64,000 nt of DNA from Callorhinchus milii (taxonomy: Eukaryota). Positions within the stretch are counted from its first letter, which is position 1. Every line of letters begins with the position of its first letter. A program made the position numbers and the translations under genes. Below are positions 23,848 to 37,523 of the stretch, piece by piece. The notes under the pieces were generated by a model. That model was given only the letters and a program-made list of their open reading frames with translations. It was not told the DNA's origin and made no database searches. The stretch lies in the NCBI RefSeq assembly GCF_018977255.1, contig NW_024704742.1, positions 75,394,001 to 75,458,000 on the forward strand. Direction: 5' to 3'.

Positions 23848-25324
23848 CTGAAATAGCCAAATACAATGTTATAACTCTTAAAACATTAAAAAGTGGAATT
23901 AATGGAAAGACAATTTCTACTAATTTGTGGTATTCATGAATACTTAAGGAAAATACTATTTTAGAAGCTTGTCCTGAAATCTCTCAAATCACCAGTTGTG
24001 CATTTCGACATGGCATTTACTTTAAATAAGGTTATCTCACAAATGCTGAAGCATAATCAAAGATTGCGTGTGGGGTGGGGAGGGGGGGAAGAGAAAGAGA
24101 GAAATGGATCATAGTAATGAAAAATTTATATTTTTGATATTGTGATTATCTTCTCAATTTTTGATCAAGAAAGCAGATCAAATTGCTTGAAATCAATCCC
24201 AAGAAATTGATACAATTAGATTTTTCCCCCTGCAAGATGCTTTAAAGATTAAAGAAGCACATATTGAATCTTAGATCAGACATAGATGGTAGTGCAGTTG
24301 CTTGACATGGGGAAACCTTACCAAGGGAAGTAATCCATTTTTCTTTTTCACACGTTATTCTCAATATATCAAAAACATTCTCATGCAACAGTGCTCTAGA
24401 AGTGGGGATTCTTAGACCTGCATTCAGCAGCAATCTTCCAAATGGAACAACCTGTTCTCTTTCTCTGACAAATCCAAACAATAGTGTTTAATAAAAAAAG
24501 GTGTTAATTATCAACTTTAAAAATATTATCAAAGAACTCTTTACAAAATCATTGGCATATTGAGCTTTTATCAGCCAAGCTCCCAAAGCACCCCCACAAA
24601 TACAAATGAAAGAAGGGTGCATATTTTATTGGATTGAATGTTTCTGTGATAGATGTATATTCACGGGTTTATAATGTCTCAGAACTTATTACAATATGCA
24701 GGGTAAGGAATAAAGTATCCACCAAAGCAGTGTTCACTATCAGTCTAGACTATGTACTATAAAGTCCTGTATGATTCTCAAACACATAACCAAATAAAAA
24801 GCATTTCTGAAACTAAATTTTCCCACAGATCCAAGGAACACCATACCAATAATGGGCTTAAAACACTGATGTGCAATCTGGATTTGCCTGCAGAAATTTA
24901 CCCAGAAAGATATTGCATCAGTTTGGAGTTCCTGTGGGCTGACGTGTCACATGTTCAGTTACTGGCAGGAGTCAATATTTACAAATTCAGAACATCACTT
25001 TCACTTTTTGATTTCAATGCGAGTCTCATGATCTGTTCAGGATTTGCCAATATCAATAGGGCTGAAATGAATCTCACTTCCTACAACTAAGTTTGCTTAA
25101 TTCACCATATAATTTAATCACGATTGTGTTATACTTCCAAGTTAGTAAGTTCATTGTGGTGGTAAAAGGGATGGTCTTTCAAGGAAGAGAAGGAGATACA
25201 GAAACAACTGCTTTTACATGATGGACAAAGCTTTCCCACTAGTTTTAATTAAAATAAACTTGCTGCCTAGACTCTGAAGTTCTGATCACCCTTCCACATT
25301 TATTTTTTTGTTTCTGGATTGTTT

Positions 25325-25794
25325 ACCCTGACCAAACTCTGTACACCCAACTCACCAGTTCTAGCCAGGGTCCACTGGCTTCCCATCACCGAACGGATCG
25401 ACTTCAAGATCCTCACACTCTTATTCAAATCCATTCACTCCCTGGCACCTCCCTACCTCTCTGAACTCCTCACTCCCCAATCCACCACCTGGCGCTTCCA
25501 ATCGACTGGCACCAGCCTCCTGCTCATCCCTCGCACCTTCCGCTCCACCATTGGAGGTCCATTGGACATTGCGCTTTCAGCCACTACCCCCCGAAATTCT
25601 GGAACACTCTCCCTCAATCCCTCCGCCTTGCCCCTTCTCTCCCTTTTTCAAGTCCTGCCTGAAAACCTTCCTTTTCGACCATGCTTACGGCCACCTTTCC
25701 ACCACCCCCCCAGTTCAGTCAGGCTCTGCCACTGTTAAGCGCTCTGAGAGACTACCCTGCATGGAGGGCGCTATATAAGTGCAAGTTGTTGTTG
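25325..25794 (+). mobile_element. L2 LINE 3' end
   Basis: HWLPITERIDFKILTL..LAPPYLSELL; tail plus (TTG)n. Confidence 0.85.
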
Positions 25795-25862
25795 AGCGCT
25801 TATTTGTTGTGTTCCTGTTTGTGCTCTGCGTTGAAGGTGGTGGTAGAGGTTTCTCCCAGGAG

Positions 25863-26549
25863 TAACATCCGCGCCATGACCAGCACTGCCTACCACCACC
25901 ACCTCTGCAATATTGCCAGATTCCGTCACCCCTCAGGCTGCCGAAACCCTCACCCACGCATTCGTCACATCAAGGCTCGATTACGGGAACGCCCTCCTCA
26001 ACGGCCTTCCCAACTCTTCCCTTCACAAGCTGCAGGTCATCCAAAACTCTGCAGCTCGTGTCCTCTCACGCACCAGGCTCTGCGACCCCATCACTCCCAC
26101 CCTCGCCTGACTCCACTGGCTCCCCATCCCCCAGAGGATCGAGTTCAAGATCCTCGTCCTCACCTTTAAAACCATCCATAGCCTTAACCCCTCCTACCTC
26201 TCTGACCTGTTGACTCCCTACCAACCTGCTCACTCCCTCCGTTCATCAGACTCCGGTCTGCTCCATGTCTACCGCCCAACCATCGGTGGCCAGGCTTTCA
26301 GCCTCTCTGCCCCCACACTCTGGAACTCCATCCCATGGTCCCTTCACCTCGCTTCCTCCCTTACCTCCTTCAAGGCCGGTCTCAAGACCCTTCTCTTCGA
26401 CTGTGCCTTTGGTCTCCCTCCCACCCCTCACCCCTACACCACCCCTCCCCCATGCCTCCCCCATCTTGGGTCCTGACCCCTGACTGTCCAGCGCCTTGGG
26501 ATGTCATCCTAACGTGAAAGGCGCTCTATAAATGTAATTTTGTTGTTGG
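25863..26549 (+). mobile_element. L2 LINE 3' end
   Basis: AETLTHAFVTSRLDYGNALL..LQVIQNSAARVL; tail plus (TTG)n. Confidence 0.9.
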
Positions 26550-27331
26550 GTCAGGATACAATACAGACTTTTCGCATATGGGTGTTTGTTCAAACCCAGG
26601 CTAGATACACTGGAGTGAAAGTGTGTGCCCTCTCACTGCCAATTATAAAGCTTCTAAATGAAAGGAGTTTGGGGAGTGTCAATTCAGTTCTACAAGGATA
26701 CAGTTGGAAAACGTTTATGAAAAATTATTTTGGAAAGACTTACATGAATAAGTGAGTGATGGCAAGAGTGTTTTAAAACACTGGTTTCAAATTAATTACT
26801 GAGTTGTTAAATTGGATTTGAGCACATCCATAAACATACCACTCTCAGCACACCCACCATGAAAGTGACTCAGTAACTTGGATGAAAAATCTAGTTAAAT
26901 CTGTTTACTTGCTTTCATTGTTCGTATCTCACCAGCCACACAAATGTTTGGGGTAAGAATAGGCAGAAGTGAAGTAAATGAAGTAAACTCCATGAAGTAA
27001 ATTCAAATCCCTTCATGGAGCAAACGTATAGCCCCTCTGTATTGCCAAACCCTTAGTTTTAGAAAATTTCCTGGCCTGCAACATTCCTGCATAAGGAATG
27101 AAGGAATTTTGAGGTACACCGCGTTCCATGAGACACAGCATTTTGTTTGTGATAGGAGATGTCTTCCAAAGTGGGGGTGGGGGGCAACTTTTGCAATGGG
27201 TGTTCAGTATGACTATTTTTGTTTATGGTCAAGACGATGGAAACTGTACAATTTAGGAACAATCCAACAATCCAGGTCAGTTGTAGGTTCATAAAAATAG
27301 CGTGTATGGTAAATTTAAAAAAATTACTTAC

Positions 27332-27366
27332 AAGTGTTCTTCCAGTTTCTTCTTCAGAAGCATTGA
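27332..27366 (-). CDS. HOOK3: HOOK3 exon 17 (35 nt): SMLLKKKLEEH(L)
   Basis: ttttttcag|TCA...CAC TT|gtaagt. Confidence 0.94.
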
Positions 27367-27577
27367 CTGAAAAAAAAGTGTAAAGTTCATTCAAAATGTA
27401 AAGCTAAGTTGTAGAGGCATCAAGTTTCCAAAACAATTCAATAGATGTATAGCAAACCAATTGATCAATTATTAATTAACTTCAGGGATTCATTGATATT
27501 TCTAAATATGTGTTTGATATTACCAAAAAGTTAGTAGATACTGCTTTAAAATGCTATTTAAATAAAACCATACTCAC

Positions 27578-27583
27578 AATAGC
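27578..27583 (-). CDS. HOOK3: HOOK3 6-nt alternative microexon (Ala-Ile) between exons 16 and 17
   Basis: Minus strand reads tactaat(branch)...tctctatttcttcgcaTGCtatcTGCtatag|GCTATT|gtgagta; phase 0, frame-preserving. Confidence 0.85.
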
Positions 27584-27804
27584 CTATAGCAGATAGCATG
27601 CGAAGAAATAGAGATCATATATTAGTATGAAGCAAAAATAGCAGCGAACAGTTGAAACTGTAATGTTTAGCAATGTTGAACAGAAAAGTTTAATTCATTT
27701 AGTTTCTGACACATGCATGCTTGATTGGCATCAAGAGCACTTTCATCATGTCTCCTGATTATTCATATGCATTTCATTATATATATAGCAATTTCAAATA
27801 CATT

Positions 27805-28910
27805 CAACAACTTGCACTTATATAGTGCCCTCCACGGAGGGCAGCGTCTCAACAGTACTTAACAATGGTGGAGCCGGACTCCAAGTGGGGGAGGGGGTGG
27901 GAGGTGACATCACCAAGAGGGAGGTTGAGGAGTTTAGATCCGTAACAGAAGGTTTTAAGGCAGGACTTGAAAAAGAGGAGGGGGCAAGGCGGAGGGATTG
28001 CAGGAGAGTGTTCCAAAGTTTCAGGGTGTAGTGGCTGAAAGCTCGACCTCCAATGGTGGAGTGGAGGATGCGAGGGACAAGCAGGAGGCCAGTGCCAGTC
28101 AAGCGGAGGTGCCGGGTGGTGGATTGTGGGGTGAGGAGGTCAGAGAAGTAGGGAGGTGCCAGGGAGTGAATGGATTTGAACACGAGTGTGAGGATCGTTC
28201 GCCCACAAATATACAGTTCACTTTAGTCTATTCTGTGAAGCGCTTTAAGACGTCTAGAAGATGTGAAAAGCGCTATATCAAATGCAAGGATTATTATTAT
28301 TATCTTGAAGTCGATCCATTTGATGATGGGGAGCCAATGGAGCCTGGCCAGAACTAGTGAGATGGGGGTACGGAGTTTGGCCCAGGTAAGTACGCAGGCG
28401 GCAGAGCTCTGAATGAGCTGGATTTTTTGATTAGTGAAGCTGGGGAGATCGGCGAGGAGCGCGTTTGAATAATCCAGGCGGGAGGTGCCAAGCACATGCA
28501 CAACAGTTTTGGCTGCATTTGGGGTAAGGTCGGAGGGGGTCAATGTGGTGAAGGTGAAGGAAGGCAGTCCTGGTCAGGGACCAGGTGTGGGGGAGGAAGG
28601 ACAGCTGGGGGGTTCAAATGGATGCTTGAATTGCGCACTGGTTCGATGAGTCTGAGGGGGAGCCCAGGGAGCTTGAGGAGTTTAGATCCGTAGGAGTGAA
28701 GACGTTGACAGGAACCAAAGAGTATGGCTTTCCCCTTCTCCACATTCAGCTACAGGAAGTTTGCACTCATCCAAGCCCTGATGTTTGCCAGAGAAGCTAA
28801 ATAGAACATCGGCAGACCTAGAGTTGATATTGGAGGAGACGAAGTAAATTTGGCTGCAGATGACATCACCAAGAGGGAATAAATAGATAAGGAAAAGAAG
28901 GGGCCAAGGA
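27805..28910 (-). mobile_element. L2 LINE 3' portion containing a nested SINE tail
   Basis: TSRLDYSNALL, LHWLPI, LAPPYFSDLL; tail at the 27805 end. Confidence 0.85.
28196..28303 (+). mobile_element. 5'-truncated SINE (3' tail) nested in an L2
   Basis: Interrupts the L2 sequence gtgtgaggat^cttgaagtcgatcc; ends in (TTA)n. Confidence 0.88.
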
Positions 28911-30394
28911 TGGAGAAGGGGGCCCAGGATGGACAATATAAACAGTTTTCTGCTTCCAGACTAAAACACAAATGGTATGACAGCAAGGAAATAATAATAA
29001 TTCTCTTGTTTGATATAGCACCTTATCAGATAAATGGGTTTCCATTTCTGATTATACACCATGTGCTGACGATTCTGTTTCTGGTTTTTATTCTAAGTCC
29101 CAAAGTATAAATAACAATTCTTGTATATGATAAAATGGACCATCACATCATCAAAATCTCTCAATTAAAGACAGAAAGGGAAAACAGGAAAATATACAAT
29201 TTACATATCAAAAATATGGCCTTGTCTTAGAATCTAGCCTTGTCATAAAATGTAATCTTCTCTGAAGATTAATTATTATTTACAATCTGTCATTATTAAG
29301 GCTATTAAACACAGCTGTGGAAAACTATTTGAATTTTCTTCCATCTTATCATTCCAAGGCTCAGCCCTGCTTCTTTCACACAGAATAGCATCTGGAGTGC
29401 TGTCTTACAGTAGCACATATACCACTCTTCTACGAAGAAACCTTAATAATCAAGGTCCAAGGTGAAAATATAAGCAATGTAAATTTCTTTGAATAATCAA
29501 GTCAAGTACTAATATGCTAGATAGTTAAATGGAACATGTTAATACTAAAAGGCCGTTTTAGACAGAGTTCCACAGTACAGAAATTTAAATTAAAAATCAA
29601 ACTAAATATCAGAACAGGTGCCACTTCTAATTCCTTGCCTTGAAAACCCCACTACAGCCACCTTCCCCCGCCCTGCTTGAAACTCTTCGAGAGGATCTCC
29701 TAAAGTTAAATACACTATACAAATGTAAATGTTGTATGATGAGACAGAGTCTGAACTCCTGAAAAAATAAAACAAAATAAAGAATAAACCACCTAACTTT
29801 ACAAATTTTCCTCAATGACCAGTGACTGATCACCTTTAAAGGTGATTGAAGATCACATATGAAAAAGCTCAAGGCATATATTTTGCCACGATTAATTAAA
29901 AGAGAAATGAAAGACCACCACAGGATAATTAGCCATAGAACAAGAAGGATGATCTCTTTTTAAAAAAGCTAAAGCTATAAATAGATAATCTTATAAAAAG
30001 CTTCTAATTTAAATTGTTTTGTCAACATACTTTAATACCTACTGAATATTAAATTCAATGACCTATGATCTATGAATAAAAAAACATATTGTACTTATGG
30101 AAAAATAATAAAACCATGGAACAGCATTATTTTGAACATTCAGAGAGAAAATATTACTTGGTGCACGTGCATGAAAACTGTGCAATAGGAGTGCACAGCC
30201 AGCTGGAGCACACTAAAATAAATAAAATGGCCAATTTTCAGGTGACTGGTCACTGCCAATGTCACTTCTCATTCCCTGTGCATATGCAAACAGTCAGTTT
30301 TTGTATGAGAAGCTATGAATGGGTAACTTCTGGGTTAAATTTGCAGGGTTTCTGATAATTTGATGTGTTAACAACTATAGAAATAGCGATTAAT

Positions 30395-30800
30395 AATCAC
30401 TGAATTTTTGCATTTGGTATAGCACCTTCAGGTCAGCTGGACGCCGTAAAGTGCAGAATATACTGTGAAGTGGAGTGACTGTATTTGTGGGTGAGACGCA
30501 GCTGCCAAGTTGTCCACAGCAATGTTCCACAAACAGCCAGGAATAGAATGATCAATTTTACTTGAGGACTGTTGGCCGGGACACTGGGACAAACTCTCTT
30601 CTCTTTTCGCCATGGGATCTTTAACGTCCACTTGAACGGGCAGACGGAACTTTCGTTGTTAACCCCTCATCTGAAGAATGGCAGCTCTGACGATGGAACC
30701 CCCTTCCCCAGTACAGTGCCAGATTAGACTATGTGAATTCAGGTCCAAAATGGGGCTTGAACCCACAACCTTCTGACTCAGAGGCGAGAGTGGCACCAGA
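30395..30800 (-). mobile_element. older Deu-domain-type SINE
   Basis: ggggcttgaacccacaaccttctgactcagaggcgagag head; gccatgggatctttaacgtccacttgaac core. Confidence 0.75.
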
Positions 30801-31028
30801 GGCAGACACACGGTTTAACTTTCTATTGTATTATAACATTATTAGTATTGACATACAACAGACATTGTTTAACACTAAATAACCCATGGGGGAAGAACAC
30901 CCCTCCAACTTCTAGAGTATAGTTTCACCTCTTTCCGTTTTCAGACTGCAGAACTATAAATTCAAGCAAACATTCAGCAAAGTTGAAATGAATGTTAGAA
31001 CACTTCTAACACTCCAGGTTGCACTCAC

Positions 31029-31116
31029 ATCTTCTGCTCTTGAACCCTGATCTTGTAATGCCTTCTGAAGTTCTTCAACCTGAGACTGGATTTCCAAGAC
31101 CCTCTGATTGGCTAGC
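31029..31116 (-). CDS. HOOK3: HOOK3 exon 16 (88 nt): LANQRVLEIQSQVEELQKALQDQGSRAED
   Basis: aaaag|G CTA...GAT|gtgagt. Confidence 0.95.
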
Positions 31117-31272
31117 CTTTTAACAAGAATTGAAAATAAACTTTATTAAGTTATTTGTTCAGGTGTCACAACCATCCTATGCTTTGCCACTCTGGTTCAT
31201 ATTCCCCTTCACTTCCTAGCCTTCTTTGCTTCACCCTCGTTTCCACTGTTCTAACCCACACGCATTAATTTC

Positions 31273-32725
31273 CACATAACATGTAGGAGCAGGAGTAGGC
31301 CATTCGACCCTTCGATCCTGCCCCGCCATTCAATCATGGCTGATCTTCTAATCTAACTCCAGCTAATAACCTGACCCTGCCTTATCCCCATATCCCTTAA
31401 TCCCTTTAGCAATACGAAATATACCTATCTCAGTCTTGAATATGTTCAAGGACTGAGCGTCAACAGCCCTTTGGGGTAGCGAGTTCCATACATTCACCAC
31501 CCTTTGAGTGAAGAAGTTCTTCCTCAACTCAGTGTGAAAGGGCTGGCCTCTGATTTTAAGGTTGTGACCCCTGGTTTTAGTTTCTCCAACCAGGGGAAAC
31601 AATCTCCCACTATCTACTCTATCATGCCCTTTGATCATCTTATAGGTTTCTATAAGATCCCCTCTAATTCTTCTATATTCTAGAGAATATAGGCCCAAAT
31701 TGGTCAGCCTATCCTCGTAACTCATCCCCTTCATCCCTGGTACTAACCTAGTAAATCTACACTGCACCCCCTCCAAGGCAAGTACATCCTTCCTTAAATA
31801 AGGAGACCAAAACTGCACACAGTATTCCAGGTGTGGTCTCACCAGGGCCCTATACAGTTGCAGCAAGACTTCCCTACTCTTATACTCTAATCCTTTCATA
31901 ATGAATGTTAACATACCGTTCGCCTTCCTAATTGCTGCTGCACCTGCAGACTAACTTTCTGTGATTGGTGTACAAGGACACCCAAGTCCCTTCTTAAAAA
32001 ATAACCCGCTCTACTGTTTTTGCTACCTAGGTGGATGACTTCGCACTTCCCTACATTATACTTCATCTGCCACCTACCTGCCCAATCACCTAACCTATCT
32101 ATGTCTCGCTGCATTTTTTTAATGTCATCCTCTGTGTTGACACTTCCTCCTAGTTTTGTGTCATCCACGAATTTAGATATATTAACTTTGATGTCCTCAT
32201 CAAGATCGTTGATGTAGATGGTAAATAGCTGAGGCCCAAGGACTGATCCTTGTAGCACTCCACTAGTCACATCCCGCCAATCAGAAAAGGACCCGTTTAT
32301 CCCTACTGATTGTTTCCTACCCGTTAACCATTCCCCAATCCACGTTAATATGCTCCCCCAATTCTATGGGTCCTTATCTTTTAGACTAACCTTTTATGCG
32401 GCACCTTATCAAATGCCTTCTGGAAGTCCAAATAGACCACATCCACTGATTCACCCTTATCTAGTTTACTCGAAATATCCTCAAAAAACTCTATGAGATT
32501 TGTCAAAATCTCCCTTTTGTAAAGCCATGTTGACTTGGCCTAATTATATTGTGCTCCCCTAAATACCACAGCACCACATCCTTAATCAACGATTCTAAAA
32601 ATTTTCCTATCACTAATGTGAGACTAACTGGCCTGTAGTTCCCCAACCTTTCCACCTTTTTTAAATAGTGATGTGACATTTGCGATCTTCCAATCCATGG
32701 GGACTGTTCCAGAATCCAAGGAAGG
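31273..32725 (-). mobile_element. CR1 LINE, 5'-truncated, RT and C-terminal region, with frameshifts and deletions
   Basis: NYRPVSLT, SQHGFTKGR, SGVLQGSVLGPQLF, KFVDDTKLGG, LYRALVRPHLEYCVQFWSP, FFTQRVVNVWNSLP. Confidence 0.95.
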
Positions 32726-33352
32726 TTCTTCATCTCTTCCCATCATTACTCATGGCCTTATCCTCCTTATGTGTGTGTGTTTTTTTAAATATCTTCCCTT
32801 CTGCTCTCCACCACACTGATCTCTCAAACGAGATGTTCAAACTAAAGCTCACTTTTCAATTACATAAACAAAAAATATGCATAGCATAGAAAACCAGCAA
32901 CACACCTAGCCACATTCTACCGTATAATCAATGTGTTTCTCTATATTAGGTCTATTACCTTTTCAAGATAGTCAAGAGATATGTGAGAGGAGAATTCTGA
33001 AAGAGTGATAATCAATTTCAGGGAGTCAACAAACAATGGGGAGAACATGGCAGTTCAATGCCCTGATCTCATCATTAGAAAATTGATATCAATAATCAGA
33101 AGCAACATGGAAGATTACCTGCATGAAAATAACTTAATAAATGACAGCCAATATGGCTTTAGATCTTGCTGACCATTTATTCCAAATTAATGATGGGAAG
33201 CCATATGCTATTATGCCATGAAATGTTTTATTTGGTAAACTTAATAGCTAATGTGCATCATTTAAATCCATTACCTACTGTGCAAACCCTAAGTAGATTA
33301 GAAAAATGATCCACATCACAGCAAAGCAGTTGAAAACTGGAATGTTTCATAC

Positions 33353-33493
33353 CTATTCTCAGTCTCCAATTCACTCTTTCTTCTGTTGGCGTCTTCCAGT
33401 AGGCTTTGCAGCAGGGCTATCTTTTCATTATCAGATCCCTCCTGGTTTATCTTCAGCATCTTATTTTCATGCTGCAGCCGGATAAGCTTTTCC
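33353..33493 (-). CDS. HOOK3: HOOK3 exon 15 (141 nt): EKLIRLQHENKMLKINQEGSDNEKIALLQSLLEDANRRKSELETEN(R)
   Basis: tctag|G GAA...AAT AG|gtatga; inside ORF 33316..33579. Confidence 0.97.
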
Positions 33494-34249
33494 CTAGAGC
33501 AAGAATAGGAAAGAGCTAGCAAACTGCACTGCAAAAATAGACAGCAAACTATGGAGAATATTAAGTAGGTTTTTAACACCAGGAAAGAAGAGTAGAAGAG
33601 AGAAAAAAAATTGGGAATAAGAATAAAAAGGCTCCTCCAGCATAAATAACAGGTAGAATGGAAACAATCTTAAAACAAAGTAAAGGGGATTATGAGAATA
33701 AGAGACCTAAAAGAGAAAATGAGATTATGATCGCAGGAAACATAACACACAATTTGAAAGGGTTTTATAAATCAAGCACTGAGATGTTACCCTGCATGAG
33801 GTGCGCTATATAAATACAAGTTGTTGTTGTGTATATTCAATGCTTTTGTAAATATATTCATAGCAAACAGGATGTAGGATTGCTAAAGTATCCTGATAGG
33901 GAAAATCAGAGCTGCAGAACAACTGGTCACAAATTAGCAACCAACAACAACTTGTACCCTGGGGAAGCTGAAGGAGGGCAGAAATGAGGGGAAGTCAATA
34001 CAATACAGTTTTAAGAGGATTTTGAAAGCATGGTTTTATTGGGGTGAATGAGTTAATGTCTGGCATACAACTGGTCAGGACAACAATAGTCCTAGATTAA
34101 AGTTGAGAACCACAGAAGAGATTGGTGACATTGACATACATGTGGAAACTGACAAAGTGATTCTGGTATCATCAAAAATATCTATCAGCCTATTATTTGA
34201 TTAATGCACATTATTCTTAGTTTGGATGGAAATTAGATCTTTTACTTAC

Positions 34250-34319
34250 TTTATTTCAGGCGTTACTATCTCTGCTGCTAAACTGTCGGATGTTTCTTGA
34301 CTAGTCAGTGGGGTAAGTC
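34250..34319 (-). CDS. HOOK3: HOOK3 exon 14 (70 nt): LTPLTSQETSDSLAAEIVTPEI(K)
   Basis: ttaag|GA CTT...ATA AA|gtaagt; preceded by a short 117-nt intron. Confidence 0.94.
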
Positions 34320-34436
34320 CTTAAGGAAATGCAAGAATGAATGCAAGTTATGCCATCTGAATAAAACTGTATGTATTTGCTGTAATTGCATCAAACAGTC
34401 AAGAACGAAAACGGGAATAAAGGTTGTGACACTGAC

Positions 34437-34521
34437 CTGCTGTGAGTTGGTCTTGATGCACTTGTACGCACCTTAGTTCTTCAATAGTTTCCTTCAAGGA
34501 ATCTCTCTCAGTTCTTAACCT
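34437..34521 (-). CDS. HOOK3: HOOK3 exon 13 (85 nt): RLRTERDSLKETIEELRCVQVHQDQLTA(G)
   Basis: tgtag|AGG...GCA G|gtcagt. Confidence 0.94.
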
Positions 34522-35118
34522 CTACAGAAATATTAAAGTTAAAAAAAATTCAAATAAAGTACATCTTGCACATTATGAGGCTTTCACTTACCTAACAATT
34601 ATACTTTTGAAAATAAAATCAAGTTACTCTTTCTCCGCAATTAACATCTTACTGCAATTGGCAATTTTTTGGGGGGCAGCTGCCTGTGGAAACCCATCGC
34701 CAAGCTGAGATTTCCATGCATCTCACCAACACATGGAAATCCTAGAGATAGATTGTTGGAATGGAATGTGCACTCTCCCTGGAGGGATGCATCCTGCTTA
34801 CCTAATTCCATAGAGAATTAGGTGCAGGTTGGCAAGCGCCAAGTTTTGGGGACTCCAGAGTGTAGGTTGGGGTACTGCTGGAATCTACCCAGCTAAAACC
34901 ACATAGCTTGCCATTGATCTCGCTGTCTGCCAAGCTTTTCCCGCTGCTTGTACACCTAGGATCATCTTACCCATTAGGCTTACAGAGTTAATGGGATCTG
35001 AGTGGGGTGACTCCCTGACTCCAGTGACTGGTCTGCCTTTCCAAGTAATTCAAATAAATCTTCAGCAGTGCCCTGGAGCACTGACTCAGGATTACCAAGA
35101 CCCCCACAAAGGGTTAAG

Positions 35119-35443
35119 AATAATAAATAATAATTACATTTGATATAGTACTTTATCATGTCGTTGAGAAATCTCACAGAATATATTGTATTTTGTGGGA
35201 AAAACGCGCAAGGCAGTGTCCTACAAACAGTCATGGATTGAGTGACCACATTTTTCTTTGGAGGAATTATTACCCCCAGGAAGCGATTCACCAATCGATT
35301 AACAACCAGGTTCCTACTTACTGCTAGGTAAACAGAGTCATGTGGAGTAACAAAACTTACCTAACGTTTCGCCCCACTGGGAATTAAACATGGGTGCTCT
35401 CACTTGCGAGGCGTGCGTGCAAACCACTAAGCTACGGGACTCC
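35119..35443 (-). mobile_element. tRNA-derived SINE, long form
   Basis: Homologous to the 2921 and 18363 copies. Confidence 0.82.
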
Positions 35444-36302
35444 ACCTGTTGGCTTGATTCTGACATTTCGTTGCCATATATGTCACCTTGGAGACAGTTT
35501 GGCTCTAAGGAGATCCTGCTTACAGGGTATGCATACGCATATACACCAAGAATGCCAAAGCAAAACATGTCTATGTCTATTTTCTTATATGGATTTTGTG
35601 AATCCGTAATTAATTTTGTCACTTTAACAATGGAGAGTGGCTAACTTTTTTTTTTTAAATCAGTACACTTCAGGGTATTGCCCATCCAGCACTGTGAATG
35701 GACTTTGGGACATCCTCCCAATATAAAAGGCTGTATATAAATACATGTATTGCATTAGTCTTTCAATGCTGGGTTTGCATCTTGTCCAAATTAGCAGTTA
35801 CTTTGTGCCATATCAATGCAGTTTCTAACAGGCACAACTTTACTGTACTAAATTGGCAGTCTCATTTAAAGAGGCCATAAAAATGTCCAATATGAGTAAT
35901 GGAAATGACACATCAGTGCAGAAATTTGGGTTATTTTTAGTTTGAGATTAAAGCATGTTGTTCAGGACACTGGAGAAGAAAGTTTTCCTCTGGAATCCAA
36001 ATTGTCTTATACCAGACTTGCAATTACTTGAAGCTGAAACTTAGCACATAAAGTGAAATGATTGCTTTCCTCTTTAATGAACTTGTAAAACAACTGATCA
36101 CACTTTTTCAAAATAAATTAGATAATACCTTTTCAGTGGAATTATATTCTGTCATGCTTTAGTTGTAAACATTGCAATTTATAATAATACTTGCATTTAA
36201 TAAAGTACCTTTCAAAGCACTTCACAGAATTTACTGTAAAATGTAGTGACTGTATTCTGTAGGCGAATGCGCTCCTAAAATGAATTGTAAAAATATATTT
36301 AC

Positions 36303-36413
36303 ATCTTTCTCTTTCTGGAGAGTGTCCACTTTTTCTTTCAGCCTCTTATACTCAAACTCCATTTTATCTGCCTTTTTTGACTCTTCGGATAAGCGGTTTT
36401 GAAGTTCGACAAC
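36303..36413 (-). CDS. HOOK3: HOOK3 exon 12 (111 nt): VVELQNRLSEESKKADKMEFEYKRLKEKVDTLQKEKD
   Basis: tttag|GTT...GAT|gtaaat. Confidence 0.96.
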
Positions 36414-37523
36414 CTAAAAAAAATTACATCAACAATTAGAAACAGAAACTAGAATTTTTGATCAAAGAAAATTTACAAACTTGACAATTTATGCACAATT
36501 GGAAGGATGCAATGCAAATTTTTTGAATAATTTTTCACGTAAATCTTGCAGTGTGCATTTGTTTCCAAAGTCTAATATGGAATTTTCTAAATTTAATCTG
36601 TTCCACAATTTCTACGAGCAGATTTCTCCAAAATGATGACAAAATATATGGATCTATAAACAGAAAGTAAAGTTAAACACACCATCTCTTCAAGGCTTTC
36701 TGAACAAAATTTACGATGATGAAGCTCCCTTCTTCAAAAAGATTCAGGTGCAAAAGTAGAGCAGCCCCTTTATAACATAGTAGCGCAGATAAAAAAAAAT
36801 TAAACACTGCATTATAACGGGTCTGTGCAAAAAAAAAAAGGATGCTGTTCCACTTCATCTGGTTACCATCAGCATTACTTCTAGATTCTGTAGCGGACCT
36901 GCTGGATTTGTGCAGCTGGCCAGCCCTCATGGAAGAGTACTTCATTTCTGGTAGTGATGAATGCAGAGGAGACTCACATTCTAAGCAAACTGATGCTCTT
37001 GCAGGGTCATCTTGTAGTTAGATTTCTAAAGCAGCAAATCCTATCTAGGTACCAATTTTTAAGAAGAGTTGCCTGGGCAATATTTATCTTAGTTAAGCAG
37101 TTCTTTGTTTCCCAACAATTAACTATTAAGAACTAATTAAAATATAAAGTTCAGTATAAAATGGTTGGGTGTTGAACATTCAGGGTCAGTTCCATGGGAG
37201 AGACACGATAGTTAACTAATCCACAATAACACTTCATTTGTTTAGTGCCTTTCACGTCAGGGGGACATCCCAACGGCATAAAATATCTGCAAGAAAAATT
37301 CTGTAGACTTTGGAAGCAAAATTATGGCAATGATACGATCATGAAAATAATTGTTATAATAATACTACATATGTTGAGATGTTAGAACTAGAAAAGTGTT
37401 TTTTGCCATATCCAATTTTGGCCTAAAGCTGGGAGAAATTCCACCAGGGTGTTGATTTATTCTATGTAGCATTTCAGAGCATTTAGGATTTGGCAAATTG
37501 TTGAAGTTTTGTTTCACAAAATA

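Noticed and set aside
30158..30212. possible 55-nt cassette exon in intron 16
   Set aside because: Weak donor (CAA|gtaata) and no other support.
31363..32270. 183-aa and 120-aa RT-like ORFs as an active or domesticated element
   Set aside because: 5'-truncated CR1 with frameshifts and deletions and no endonuclease domain.
34660..35100. moderately GC-rich block resembling a DNA-transposon remnant (faint similarity to ~16380-16450)
   Set aside because: I could not define terminal repeats or coding motifs by eye, so I did not call it.
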